Below the pieces are notes generated by a model. That model was not told the origin of the DNA. It saw only the letters and a program-made list of their open reading frames with translations, and searched no databases. From positions 270,645 through 334,644 of the forward strand of contig NMRA01000380.1 in assembly GCA_002633005.1 (NCBI GenBank): DNA of 64,000 nt. Direction: 5' to 3'. Shown piece after piece: positions 1 to 11,772 of this stretch (its first letter is position 1; the number at the start of each line of letters is the position of its first letter). The stretch is from Phoronis australis (Eukaryota > Animalia > Phoronida). The position numbers were made by a program, and so were the translations under genes.

Positions 1-420
1 ACGTGTAGATCGAAAAGTCCTGGAAGCCTATTGTTTTTAATCATGATCGGATACAAAATGACGGACGTGGCGGCCATTTTGTATCCGATTTCACAGTCAA
101 ATGCTTGTAGAGGCCGCATTTTTCAACCTACATGATTGAAAATCGGAACGAATATACTAGAACGCATGTGCTACAATTGTGCAGAAAATCGCTGACTTCT
201 GGTTAAAGATGGCGGAAATATTGGACGTGGCGCATGTGCACCCCGAAATATGGCTAAAAACGTTTTCTCCTGTAGAGGGCGCAATTGCAAACCAATCACT
301 TTCAAACTGGTCAGGTGTTTGTTGAGATTAATAAGCTTTTATAAAAAATTATTGGACCGGAAGTTACTTCCAAGATGGCGGCTGTGGAGCATGTTCACAC
401 GGTTTCAATCGCTGTGTTGT
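1..420. mobile_element. Fragment of an interspersed repeat with diverged ~165-bp internal periodicity (Helentron/HINE-like non-autonomous element)
   Basis: GTAGAGG(C/G)CGCA recurs at 107 and 272, and AAGATGGCGG at 206 and 372 (period 165-166). No termini are visible, so the family assignment is by general resemblance only. Confidence 0.3.
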
Positions 421-1323
421 CGCATTTTTTATGGGAAGAGCAAATGACGTGAATTTTTGCATGTGGATTTCTTGAGGTATGGCCTTTCAAAAAGTCTGCG
501 AGAGCGTATTTCTCAGACTTACCGTTTTCGAGTTATTTGACTTTGAATTTCAAAAAAAACGGGCAAATTTTCAATTTTCTCGAAAATTTTTTGGATTTTT
601 GCCAAACTACCACTTTAGATAGAAATTTAAACGGGCTTTCATTTACTAGCATTTCTTGTGCGAAAACTAACATTTTTCTTTTTCAAACATATGCTGCAAT
701 AAATCATGAATATCCAATCAATAGACGAAAACTAGAAGTGCAGCTTTTAGTTTTATTTTTCGTTCCGTTTCATAATTATTGTCAGTTAGGCAGTTCTTTG
801 GGAAAGGCGTATATGTGCAGCACTGAAGCTATTTGTATGTGGAGACACCTTTAGGACAATCATCGTGTAATGTGGACTCTGGAGTTTTTGAGAACAACCC
901 CATTCATTTAAAATCTCACATATATTTTGAAATACATGTACATCTTGTTTTGCCGACAGGTCTGTAGATTTTAGTGGCTCAAATTTCACAAAAAATAGCC
1001 AGACTGCATGATATGAACGCAAATATCAAAGAGGCTGATTATGTCATTGTTTACAGGTATGTTGATCATTTTTCACAAGCTCTACCTGAATTATTCCCGT
1101 GTTTTCCTTTAGAACCACTAAAAGTATCTTAACGGCAAACGTTGAATTTGCTGGGCATTTATATCTAATGTCCTTTTACAGATTCGATGCTGTAATATCG
1201 ATTTGTGAAATTGAAATGATTTGTTGTTTTTGTTGTTTTTAATCGTTCCAGAGTTGTTATGTTTCTGGCACTAAAACATTGACATTAAAATATTTTGTCC
1301 TTGCAGATTCTAGTACACCTTAC

Positions 1324-1665
1324 CATTGTGCTTGCCACAGTTGATAATAAGCCTGCGAAGTTCTCGCGTTTTCTCGTCTTCCTCCCAAGTGTTAACACCG
1401 TAGTGTGCTATTGCAGTTCCTGTAGCACTGGACGCAATTAATTTTCCTAGAGTTGAAAAGGAGTCAATTTTTGGTTTTGTGTTCGATGGTGGACGTTTAT
1501 CTTGTTCAACGGGGGCGGACTGGGCGCGTGCACCTTTCTTTTTGCGCTTTTTAGAGGTCTTTTTGTCTATGGATTCAAGATCTTCGAAGGAAGTGGATAA
1601 AAGCGATAAGTCGGTAAGACACAAAGATTCTTCACTGGACGATCTGTCAATTCTTGATCTGTTAC
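1324..1665 (-). CDS. Internal coding exon of an uncharacterised protein: (G)NRSRIDRSSSEESLCLTDLSLL...KKTSKKRKKKGARAQSAP...RRLIINCGKHN(G)
   Basis: 342-nt open exon. Strong acceptor ttgtctccccttctttcAG precedes 1665 and donor ATG|GTAAGG follows 1324. It is phase 1 at both ends, matching the donor phase of the exon at 2638-2864. Confidence 0.7.
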
Positions 1666-1809
1666 CTGAAAGAAGGGGAGACAATTAAATCTCTGCCAGG
1701 ATAGTTCCTTTTCCCACACTATTGTCCCGACACAAGTGTTTTCGATCAAAATTTAAATATGCGTTTATATGTAAATGTATATTCCAATCTTGTCCTCTGG
1801 CTGATGAAG

Positions 1810-1940
1810 TGAAGGAGTAAGAGAGGGAGAGAAAAGGGAGGGGGAGGGGCGGGGAGNNNNNNNNNNNGAGCAGGGTAGAGAGGGAGAGGGGATGGAATGA
1901 GGGGGGAGTGGGAAAGAGGGGGGGAAGAGAGAGAAGGAGT
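1810..1940. repeat. Polypurine (GA-rich) low-complexity tract containing an assembly gap at 1857-1867
   Basis: Runs of G/A read directly; N run. Confidence 0.85.
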
Positions 1941-2150
1941 ACATATATTTAGCCAATCTGCAAATAACCACAATATGGCAAACAATATATTGGATAGCGG
2001 AAATATGATATTAAGAAATATAGTTAAGCAATATTATGCAGTCAAGCATGGAAACCTCAAAAGGTCAAAATGGTCGCCATAGAAAACCATTGCTCTAGAA
2101 TTCATTGCATTGAGTAGTGAGTAACATGTGTCTTCACCTTTCATTCGTAC

Positions 2151-2514
2151 TTAAAGTGACAATGAAGCCGCCTTCCATCTAATCAGCTTTCTATTGAGAT
2201 CCCGACTTACCGTTATGAAATAGGTCTCAAATTGTTCTTAATCATAATCAAATTATAGGCCAGTGACTGCAGGGCTTCGAAACGATTGACAGTTTGCTAT
2301 TGCCTGAAGCGAGGCTCTGCAATTTGGCTTGTCATCGCGTGCCGTTCATTTGCCGATTATGGTCTCAGTGAGTAACGAACGAACTGCCGCTTCTTTGCAA
2401 GCACTGAAGTCACTTGTTTTGGCAAAGGAACAATTTGAGACCAAGTTTATAAAGGTAAGTGGTTTAAATTAAGAAATCGATTCTGGAACGAAACGCGGGA
2501 TTACAGTCGCTTAA
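2151..2514. mobile_element. TTAA-flanked MITE (Kolobok/piggyBac-like target site) inside an intron
   Basis: TTAA at 2151-2154 and 2511-2514. Subterminal inverted repeat: ACTTACCgTTATgAAaTaGGTCTCAAATTGTTC (~2205-2237) versus GAACAATTTGAGACCAAGTTTATAAAGGTAAGT (~2428-2460). Confidence 0.5.
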
Positions 2515-2637
2515 CTGGATCGGTTTTCAACTTTCTTCGTTCTGTAGTTTCGATTGAAATATAACAAAGTCATTATATATAATTTCATTGCCAGTTTTAA
2601 AATACGTTAAATGCGCAATCAGTGCCATGTGCCTTAC

Positions 2638-2864
2638 CAAGCCTGGCTGAAAACACAGCCTCCCTTGGAACTGTAGGTTGTAATATGACTAGTTCATCAG
2701 CTACGTTCTTTCTTTTCGGTAGCTTGTCAAAGAATGAACCCCATCGCGTTTTTGGCTTCTTTGTCTGAGCCAGACGATCGGATATGATATTGAAAACGTC
2801 CACGTGTGTCGCTGGTGTTTCTGTCAAAGCTCCCCGCTGTTTTGGCGGCTTCATAATAAAGAAC
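2638..2864 (-). CDS. Coding exon of the same uncharacterised protein: MKPPKQRGALTETPATHVDVFNIISDRL...EAVFSARL(G); candidate ATG at 2854
   Basis: Acceptor cttactacAG precedes 2864 and donor TTG|GTAAGG follows 2638. The frame is open, and the phase-1 end splices in frame to 1665. Confidence 0.65.
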
Positions 2865-2914
2865 CTGTAGTAAGCGAAAACAGCACTCAGGTTTGTGTGA
2901 CATAAGCGGGTTAT

Positions 2915-3095
2915 TGATGATGATGACGATGGCGATCAGGAGGATTAAGATAATGATGTTAATGATGATGATGATGACGATGACGATGATGATGACCATG
3001 ACGATGATGATGATGATGATGATGACGATGATGACGATGACGATGATGATGATGATGATGATAATGAGGACAATGACGATGATGACGATGAAGAC
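2915..3095. repeat. (GAT/GAC)n trinucleotide microsatellite
   Basis: About 60 imperfect GAY triplets read directly. Confidence 0.9.
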
Positions 3096-4472
3096 AAAGA
3101 CTACACGGTGAATATTTAATTATGGGGGTTATTCTAACAAATTAATAAAGAATGAATTTGTGGAGAAATTAAATTATTAAAATTGGTATTAAAAGTTTGA
3201 AATTGGATCTATATGAAACTTTCAAATAGTATGCTTTATATACTGTTCTTCAATAAGCTGTTTTTAATAAGTTTTTATTAATATTCAGAAATTAGTCAAA
3301 TTTGGACATTTTTATAAAATCTACTTCGTAACTGCGGAAAACTGATTCCTGGAGACTCTCTCACAGTAAGTGTTGGACACAAATTTTCATGCTAGCTTTT
3401 CTTCTCAGGTTTCGTCGCAGGTGTGTAGTGTAGAGGTTTACGAAATGTACACGCGAAGTTAAACTCAGTATTGGCTCGTTAATGTAGTCTCTCACCAAAT
3501 GACATTGTCTCGGACAGTTTTCATGTAGTATTGCGACGGATTTTTAGCGATGAAAACACCTCCTCCATAACTCTCACACCACTCGATTACTTGGAACAAA
3601 TTTACTAGCTAACTAAATCAACACTGAAAGCAAAAAACAAACTTTGATTTCCAGAAGCTTGACGAGTGATCGTACACTAGGGAGAAATATCTTCGAATTC
3701 AAACCATCGTTGACTGTTCTGTCACATGTTCGCGGCTCTTTTGGGATGCGACGTTAATCGAGAAGGCTGGATTGTGATAAATCACAAGGTGAGATCACTG
3801 CTAATGGAAACTCTCAAAACCCATACAGTCTCAAAACTCTCACCACTCACCTGCAATTCACTCTTGAATAAGGAATGGATTATTCTTCGTTCAAAATGTG
3901 TTCAAACCTGTCGATCCGCTGTAATCCGTCAGCAATATAACTGTACATTTTAAAACCTGTCCCGGCTGTCAAGCCTGTTTCGTGTTTTGTTACCAATACA
4001 AATTGCTCGCTCGTGACTGCCCACAAATCGGTAATCGATTCAATACAAAATCAAAGAGCTCTAAACAACTCTTTGTTCGATTGATGATTTGTGCGAGATG
4101 TGTAGACTTGTTTATTTATCGACAACTATTTGGGTGGTGTTTTGATTGGTCCTGAATGTTACCATAATCCTTTCAACTCGCCATCTATTAGCAAAGAGGA
4201 AACTAAAAAGATCGGCTTAGTTATTGTGCGAGTTATGTGGCCGTGAAATTGGTTTTTAATAAATATGAATAAGAATTTTATTCATAATGCGTGGACTTAT
4301 TATAAATGTACAGCTGCTCAGATTATTTAGGTTTGTGAATGATGTAAAGAAATACTTTGAAAGTGGAATGGTGGAATGAAGCGTCCGTGACATGTTTCTA
4401 TGGGCATATCGCCCAAATGCTTGGCAAACAAAAATTTAATGATTCGTTTTTGACGTTGCACACGAAGAATTC

Positions 4473-4881
4473 CACTAGGTACCGGGTTCTAATCTGCCTA
4501 ATTGATATCAAACTCGAAATTATTGTCCAGGCTTTTCGTTCTACTGTAACACGTAGTCAAGATAAGTGTTTATTATTCTATGCTCGACTATATTATGATT
4601 TACCCAGGTTCGTGCATGTACATGGTGGCTCTTTGATTCAAACAACATTCTCAGACGAGTAAAAAATTGAGGAGAGACCCGAATTTCGAATTCAGACTAT
4701 AAGGTATAGCTTTAATGTTGGGGTCATCAAATGCAAACTCGCGATTGGATTAGACAATTATCCACGAAAACTATAATACACTCGAGCGCATAATAGGTTC
4801 TTATCTCGAGTTTGCTCAAAAGTGTGGAAAATAAATTCGAGTTCGATTTCGAGTACAAAGATTAGACCTCGGTCCCTGGTG
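4473..4881. mobile_element. Degenerate MITE with ~23-bp imperfect TIRs
   Basis: CACTAGGTACCGGGTTCTAATCT at 4473 versus AGATTAGACCTCGGTCCCTGGTG ending 4881. A related right end occurs at 31568-31590. Confidence 0.5.
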
Positions 4882-7660
4882 TAGTTGCGTGACGCCAAAT
4901 AGAAAATTGTCCAGATGGAATAAGGATTTTAGTTTAGGCGGCCATTTTCTTGGAGCGCCAACACAAATTCACTCAGAAATTCGAAACCAAACTAAAGTAA
5001 AGAATTTTAGAATTTATTAAATGCATTTCGTTTTATAAAACTTCGGTGCCATGTCGGAAGAAAATCACGGGAGAAATTTTGTTGTTGTTTCAAACTTTTA
5101 AAGTATCATATTGATTTCCTTCATTATCAAATGTGAAATTCACCAAAACATTCCATTCACAGCATTCGCGATACAACTGACACAACACTCGCAAATATGG
5201 ACACCTACTTGTACCCCATGTCCAAAAAGCGGATTCTAAAATTACCTGTTTACACCTTGGCACAGTCTCGGTGTTATTGGTGAATGACATGAAGCGACCC
5301 GATTTTGTTCTCAGTTGCAGCGATTCCGAAGGTCCACCGTAAACGAAAGGAGCGAACGAATCTGCAAGCTGTGGTCGATCTCAATTTTCAGCCACTCACA
5401 GGATACAAAAGGTGTAGACGCAGATATATGGAATCTTCTTTCCCTTATCTTTATTGTAAATGGTTATCCGATCGCAATTACAACAGCTATTAGTATTTGC
5501 AGGGGGGCACTGCTTTTCATAAAAGCTGTAGCCGAAGTATATTATTCACACCAACATAAGTTTCTTCAAGGAACAGTCAATGCAAAAGATTATCGGTTCA
5601 CCTTAACTTTATAAAGCAATATAATAAATGCTTAATGGAGTTTAAATACTGCGTAGACCATTATAATGCTTATTGTGCCAACATTTTATTTCAAGACGTT
5701 AGATGAACGATAAAAATGTAGAATCAATAAAAGGGGTTTTCTATTGAAAATGATTCTTAAATAATTTCTTGAAAGACGTTTTAAGCGTTAAAAATGTAAG
5801 TTTTGCTTTCTCAAAATTTGGAGCAACCCACCGAGCAGTGGCCGTGAAGATAGAATAGTTTACCTACCTGTCGCGTTCAAGGAATTTAATCGGTAACGCA
5901 AACACGCAGTTTAATTCGACCAATGGTGTCTCAAACAAGATCATGGACACAAGTAAACAAATTTCAACATTTGTGCGAGTCCCTCTTTCTGTGTTTGCAG
6001 GGGATAAACGTTCCATGATATCTTCTGTCAAAAACCTTTTATTACGATTCTGCGTTAGGACGATACGTATACATGTCAAGGCGACCTTAAACTTAAACTA
6101 GAGAGGCTAATCAATNAGCAGTAATAAGGCTTAGCGCGACGACGTATTTTGATAAAAATTCCATCTTTTACCAGTTGTTTACATGCAGATAGCCACGCAT
6201 GCGCAATTCAATCACCACTAGTACAGCAGCGACACCCCGAGGAGAATTCTCCGAATAGCCCCATTACTCAGGCGCAGAACGAGACTTTGAAATTCTGGAA
6301 CCACTTACCAAATAGTTATGGGCTACTCGGACTTCAGTCGTTTTGAGAAAATACATACCACACTCCAGAACGGGCTATTTCTTTCGGATATAAATTAGGC
6401 CTATACGCCAGTCCCATTCAAGTTTCAAACTTTTGGGATGTCTCGTTTCGCGACGAAAGTCTTTCATTCTTAATCTAAATTTACGCCTTATAGATTGTAC
6501 ACTGTTGTGATCATTCTGTTCACTGCCGTGGTGTAAAATTGTTAACGGTTATGTAGTACCTCGGAAAAAGTCCGAATTTGATTAAACTTCGAAATATCTC
6601 ATCTCAGATCGACTTCGTATAAAGCGTTCAGGTACTTTGCTTTTTGCAGTGTTCCCCATAAGGATGTTTGGAATTGTCTGTAAAAAGTTTTACCTTTGCA
6701 TGAGAGGAGATAAAATGTAAGAACTTCATAACTGTCATCATGAAAAATCAAAACTTGCATAAAACGATAACGAAACGATAATTTGGAAAACAGCAACAAC
6801 ATTTTTTTAGTTTTCGTCATGTTGCACAGCAAAAGCACGTGAACCTTAGTCTTGATATTCATATTGTTGTAATATACCTTTCCTTTTCGATAAATTTTAT
6901 TAAAAAGACGTGGTCACGTGACCAATTACTGGCAGAGTGGTAAACCGTTTCTACACCATTTCTCTTATAAGTAAACGTATGCCTTTTCTAATTCATATAA
7001 TCTATAGTTCTGTAGATATCTAGCTAAATGCACAAGCAAAATTGTCCATAATGTCCGAAATTACCGATGAATTACGGATGGACGGCGTTATCACATCGTG
7101 TCTTTACGCGACAAACTGGCAATTTCCGTACCGTCCTTGACCTCGAGCCGTCCAAGATCGAAGTGTGTTTGGGCTTTTTGTGAACATTTTTGTTCTTTGA
7201 TTGCGAATTTCTTACGAAGTCGCCGGAACAGGACACCGTGAATGGTATTGGAAGAAAGAACAATTGCCAATGATTTGTTGAAACCTTGTTTTGTTTAAAG
7301 TTATTGAGTTTTATGTTAGGTATGGAGGGCTGAAGTGAAGCACCTGTGGAATTTCTAGTCGGGAGTGTCATACCTTGTAGTATTATATGTAGTGTGTTGG
7401 GGACGATCAGAAGCTGAGGACTCCTGTGGCTAGGACTCAGCAATTAACAGATTTTTGCAATATTTGTCGTACATGTTCGGCAGCATAATGATAATTATTA
7501 AGTGAATAGTTTTTAAAATTCTAAACAATTAATCTATGTTCTTGTTATAGTAAAGTTTCTGTTATCATTGTTATAGTAATTAATTCCACCACTGGACATC
7601 TAGTGAACAATTTGGAAATAGCCCTTCACATTTAACACTAATAGAGTAATGGCTACAACT

Positions 7661-7732
7661 GGCTTGTTGGTCTAGTGGTATGATTCTCGCTTAGGGTGCG
7701 AGAGGTCCCGGGTTCAATTCCCGGACAAGCCC
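7661..7732 (+). tRNA. tRNA-Pro-AGG: tRNA-Pro (anticodon AGG), copy 1
   Basis: 72-nt cloverleaf GGCTTGTTGGTCTAGTGGTATGATTCTCGCTTAGGGTGCGAGAGGTCCCGGGTTCAATTCCCGGACAAGCCC. It has A and B boxes, AGG at 7693-7695 and a TTTT terminator at 7736-7739, and is nearly identical to canonical metazoan tRNA-Pro. Confidence 0.97.
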
Positions 7733-8888
7733 AAGTTTTCAAGGAGTGGACCTCGTTTTGTAGGATTACGAAGAGGTGGTACACCGAAGCAACGCGTTTC
7801 AGTTGTCAAGCCGTGATGCTTGCCACGAACTCGACTCATATAGGAGCCTGGTGAAGGTCTTGAAAACGTGGCCATGTGGTCATGAATAACCGTAATTATA
7901 CTTACCAATTATATGATTTGATGCGCATCGTAATCGGGGGTACGACACAAAGTCAACAATTCGTTGAATTTTGTGAAAAGTTTCATTCTGTGTTGTTTTA
8001 TGGTTTTGCCTCCCTAAAAATTTACAAAAATGTGATGGTCATTTAATTGGTTTTCCTGTTATAGTCCTCTAAATAAGGCACCTCTCGCAAAAACATGTGC
8101 TTGCATGGGTTACTGAAAAGTCACCTCGAGCTAAACTAACGATCAAAATCTTTATGAAGCCGTCTTAATCTCGTTGTGCGGTGTCATTTTTATGTCTTCT
8201 GTTGAATTAGGTGTTTTTTTCTGGATTTTGAGCACCTTAAATTTACTCTGATGTACAGAGAAGCCGCATAGGATAGAACATGTGAACGCGAATTGCTGGT
8301 AGTGAACCAGATAATTATCTCCATGATTGTAAACATTGCGTTAATTGTTTGGAATGGAAATAGAAACGGCTTGTGATCTCCCAATCATAGCTAAGAGGTG
8401 ACTTCATGTATACACGTCCGAGATAAGTACAGCGTCTGCACTTGAAGGGGAGATAAATCATAATTAATGAGTAATGATAGCACAGGATGAGGGTGAATAA
8501 ACTGGGCCATTTGTTACAGGAGGTCAAACTGGGTCTAAGAAAATTATTGGGTGTCTTTTAAGTTGTCTCCAATCCCTCAAAAAACTGTTTCACGATGTCT
8601 GCATTCTGATTGACTCGCGGAATCTACTAAAATTATTGAGAATCGAACGATTCAAGCGGTTTTTGAGACATCAGCGAGGACTCTGCGCCGAATAATAATG
8701 GTGAACTAGTTAGCGAACATGTTTAGTGGCGTCAACAGTTCGAAAGTGAAATGGATTTTAAAGATCTAGACGCTTTTATGTTATAGTTTCTCATAGTCAT
8801 ATTAATTATGTTGATCTATTGACTCTGAGTGAATATAGTTTGGAAATAGAACTTCACATTTAAAGTTAACATTGCGGTGGGTGTACTT

Positions 8889-8960
8889 GGCTTGTTGGTC
8901 TAGTGGTATGATTCTCGCTTAGGGTGTGAGAGGTCCCGGGTTCAATTCCCGGACAAGCCC
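8889..8960 (+). tRNA. tRNA-Pro-AGG: tRNA-Pro (AGG), copy 2; C>T at 8927 gives a G-U pair in the anticodon stem
   Basis: Same as copy 1 except GTGTGAG for GTGCGAG; TTTT downstream. Confidence 0.94.
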
Positions 8961-10112
8961 AAGTTTTCAAGGAGTGGACCTCGTTTTGTAGGATTACAAA
9001 GAGGTGGTACACTGAAGCAACGCGTTTCAGTTGTCAAGCCGTGATCCTTGTCACGAACTCGGACTCATTTAGGAGCCTGGTGAAGGTCTTGAAAACGTGT
9101 CCATGTGGTCATGATTAACCGTAATTATACTTTCCAATTATATGATTTGATGCGCATCGTAATGGGATACGACACAAAGTCAACAATTCGTTGAATTTTG
9201 TGGAAAGTTTCATACTGTGTAGTTTTATGGTTTTGCCTCCCTGAAAATTTACAAAAATGTGAAGGTCATTTAATTGGTTTTCCTGTTATAGTCCTCTAAA
9301 TAAGGCACCTCTCGCAAAAACATGTGCTTGCATGTGTTACTGAAAAGTCACCTCGAGCTAAACTAACGATCAAAATCTTTATGAAGCCGTCTTAATCTCG
9401 TTGTGCGATGTCATTTTTATGTCTTCTGTTGAATTAAGTATTTTTTCTGGATTTTGAACACCTTAAATTTACTCTGATGTACCGAGAAGCCGCATAGGAT
9501 AGAACATGTGAATGCGAATTGCTGGTAGTGAAATAGATACTTATCTCCATGACTGTAAACATAGGGTTTATTATTTGGAATGGATCTAAAAACGGCTTGT
9601 GATCTCCCAATCATAGCTAAGAGGTGACTTCATGTATGCACGTTCGACATAAGTACAGCGTCTGCACTTGAAGGGGAGATAAATCATAATTAATGAGTAA
9701 TGATAGCACAGGATGAGGGTGAATAAACTGGGCCATTTGTTACAGGAGGTCAAACTGGGTCTAAGAAAATTATTGGGTGTCTTTTAAGTTGTCTCCAATC
9801 CCTCAAAAAACTGTTTCACGATGTCTGCATTCTGATTGACTCGCGGAATCTACTAAAATTATTGAGAATCGAACGATTCAAGCGGTTTTTGAGACATCAG
9901 CGAAGACTCTGCGCCGAATAATGGTGAACTAGTTGGCGAACATGTTTAGTGGCGTGGAAACAGTTCGAAAATGAAATGGATTTTAAGATCTAGACGCTTT
10001 TATGTTATAGTTTCTCATAGTCATATTAATTATGTTGATCTATTGACTCTGAGTGAATATAGTTTGGAAATAGAACTTCACATTTAAAGTTAACATTGCG
10101 GTGGGTGTACTT

Positions 10113-10184
10113 GGCTTGTTGGTCTAGTGGTATGATTCTCGCTTAGGGTGCGAGAGGTCCCGGGTTCAATTCCCGGGCAAGCCC
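10113..10184 (+). tRNA. tRNA-Pro-AGG: tRNA-Pro (AGG), copy 3; A>G at 10177 gives a U-G pair at the base of the acceptor stem
   Basis: Same as copy 1 except CCGGGCAAGCCC for CCGGACAAGCCC; TTTT downstream. Confidence 0.94.
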
Positions 10185-10569
10185 AAGTTTTCAAGGCATG
10201 GACTCTGTTTTGTAGGATCACGAAAAGTTGGTACACTGAAGCAACGCGTTTCAGTTGTCAAAGAGTAATGCTTGTCACGAACTCAGACTCATTTAGCAGA
10301 GGAGTCTGGTGAAGGTTTTGAAAACATGGCTATAGGGTCGTGTTGACAATCATACTGACGTAGTGTCTAACAGTGTATTGATACAGATGTAAAAAGTTTC
10401 ATATGTTAATTGCCTTCTACAAATTTGGAACATTCAAAAAACGCACATCTGGCAAAAATGTGCTTACACGGGTTACTTGTAATATCAATTCCACAACGCA
10501 GTGAGTATGTGTTTTTATACTCCAAACATTTTAGTCACGTGTCTGCATCACGTAACCTAATGAATGTAA

Positions 10570-10614
10570 GTCCGATAATATTTCTGCCAAGACTGGGACT
10601 CGAACCCAGGACCT
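10570..10614 (-). mobile_element. tRNA-derived SINE fragment (B box/T-arm plus tail)
   Basis: The minus strand reads AGGTCCTGGGTTCGAGTCCCAGTCTTGGCAGAAATATTATCGGAC. No intact A box or acceptor stem. Similar to 62341-62384 on +. Confidence 0.5.
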
Positions 10615-11669
10615 AAATTTTGCAACATAATTTATACCCCATATTGACACTGACATATTTAAATGTGTTTAGTTTAATCCTGTTTTCATGACGACCTCAA
10701 TTGTGCATTAGCAGGAGCAGTTCGATAACTTAGCTAGAAATCACCAAAATAGGGCTTATTTTATTTTTAAGGCTCTAAAATCATGCATTTCATGTTCAAT
10801 TAACTACAACTACAAGTCTATATTTTGTTGACATTTTGTGGACAATCAAATGTAATAATACCTATCTCAGGTTTTAGTAGAGTCTGGGTTCGAGACTAAC
10901 CGCAATGTTTGAGGAAAGTTTTGTTGGAACTGTTCTTTTTATGTAACGGGAGATCTCACGAGACCATTCAAAACCGTGATAGTGTTTCACCTGCTGCATA
11001 CCTCACCGCCGGGAGGACATAGTAGAACCGATAACTAGTCTGAAATATTTCGCCGGTAGGTTTGAAAGCGAACGCTATCCAAATGGTTGCCGGAGAACTG
11101 ATTAGCGGGTGATGCTGAAATTTTGAATTATTGAAGAACATTTACAGTCTTCGCTGCAACAAAGTAAGTGTCTCGCGGGTGACTCGCGCTTACGAAACGT
11201 AAACCTGGTTTGTTGAGGAATGTTTATAATGGCCAAACTTATACATTTCGCAACAGGCTTAGGAGGCGTACAATAGGATTTCATGAGAAAGAACGAAGTA
11301 GACAATACATTTAACTATCTCGTATTTACTTTTTGGAGAGCTTTTTCAAATTTTACAAATTATCTCAGTAACTTTCCTGTTATTAGTATATCAAACCTAG
11401 TACGTTTGTTATAGTATAGTGAGGTTTAATCATTTCTTTTTAATAGTTGTGTGAAGCGTAAGACCGAATTTCTGACGTTTTTAAGACTTATATGTCTTAA
11501 AGACTGAAGTTGTTCGACAAAGTTTGTTGAGAAGCTAAAAGCCGTAGATTTTTTGCGGCATTGACTAATTCAAAAAACATTTGAATATGATTTTTAATTT
11601 CAAATAACTGTTTTTTAATTTGAAAAATGTTGATTTTGCGTTACGTTTTTGGTATGCTGACGTTTGTTA

Positions 11670-11772
11670 CCGTAAACGTTCGGGTTAATGCCCATGCTCA
11701 GTTAACCGCCCACCCCCGATTTTTTGGGTTTGCCAATTTAACCGCCCAGGGCGTTAACCCGAACGTTTACGG
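11670..11772. mobile_element. 103-bp Tc1/mariner(pogo)-type MITE
   Basis: Perfect TIR CCGTAAACGTTCGGGTTAA / TTAACCCGAACGTTTACGG, flanked by TA at 11668-11669 and 11773-11774. Confidence 0.8.

Larger units (their letters stand above)
7550..10490 (+). repeat. Tandem tDNA array, unit ~1.23 kb (gene spacing 1228 and 1224 bp)
   Basis: 7661-8888 and 8889-10112 are near-identical. The flanks (~7550-7660 and 10185-~10490) are homologous but visibly more diverged. Confidence 0.92.

Noticed and set aside
2727-3111. Poly-Met/Thr and poly-Ile ORFs
   Set aside because: Translations of the (GAT/GAC)n microsatellite; the Asp frame contains a stop and no splice support was seen.
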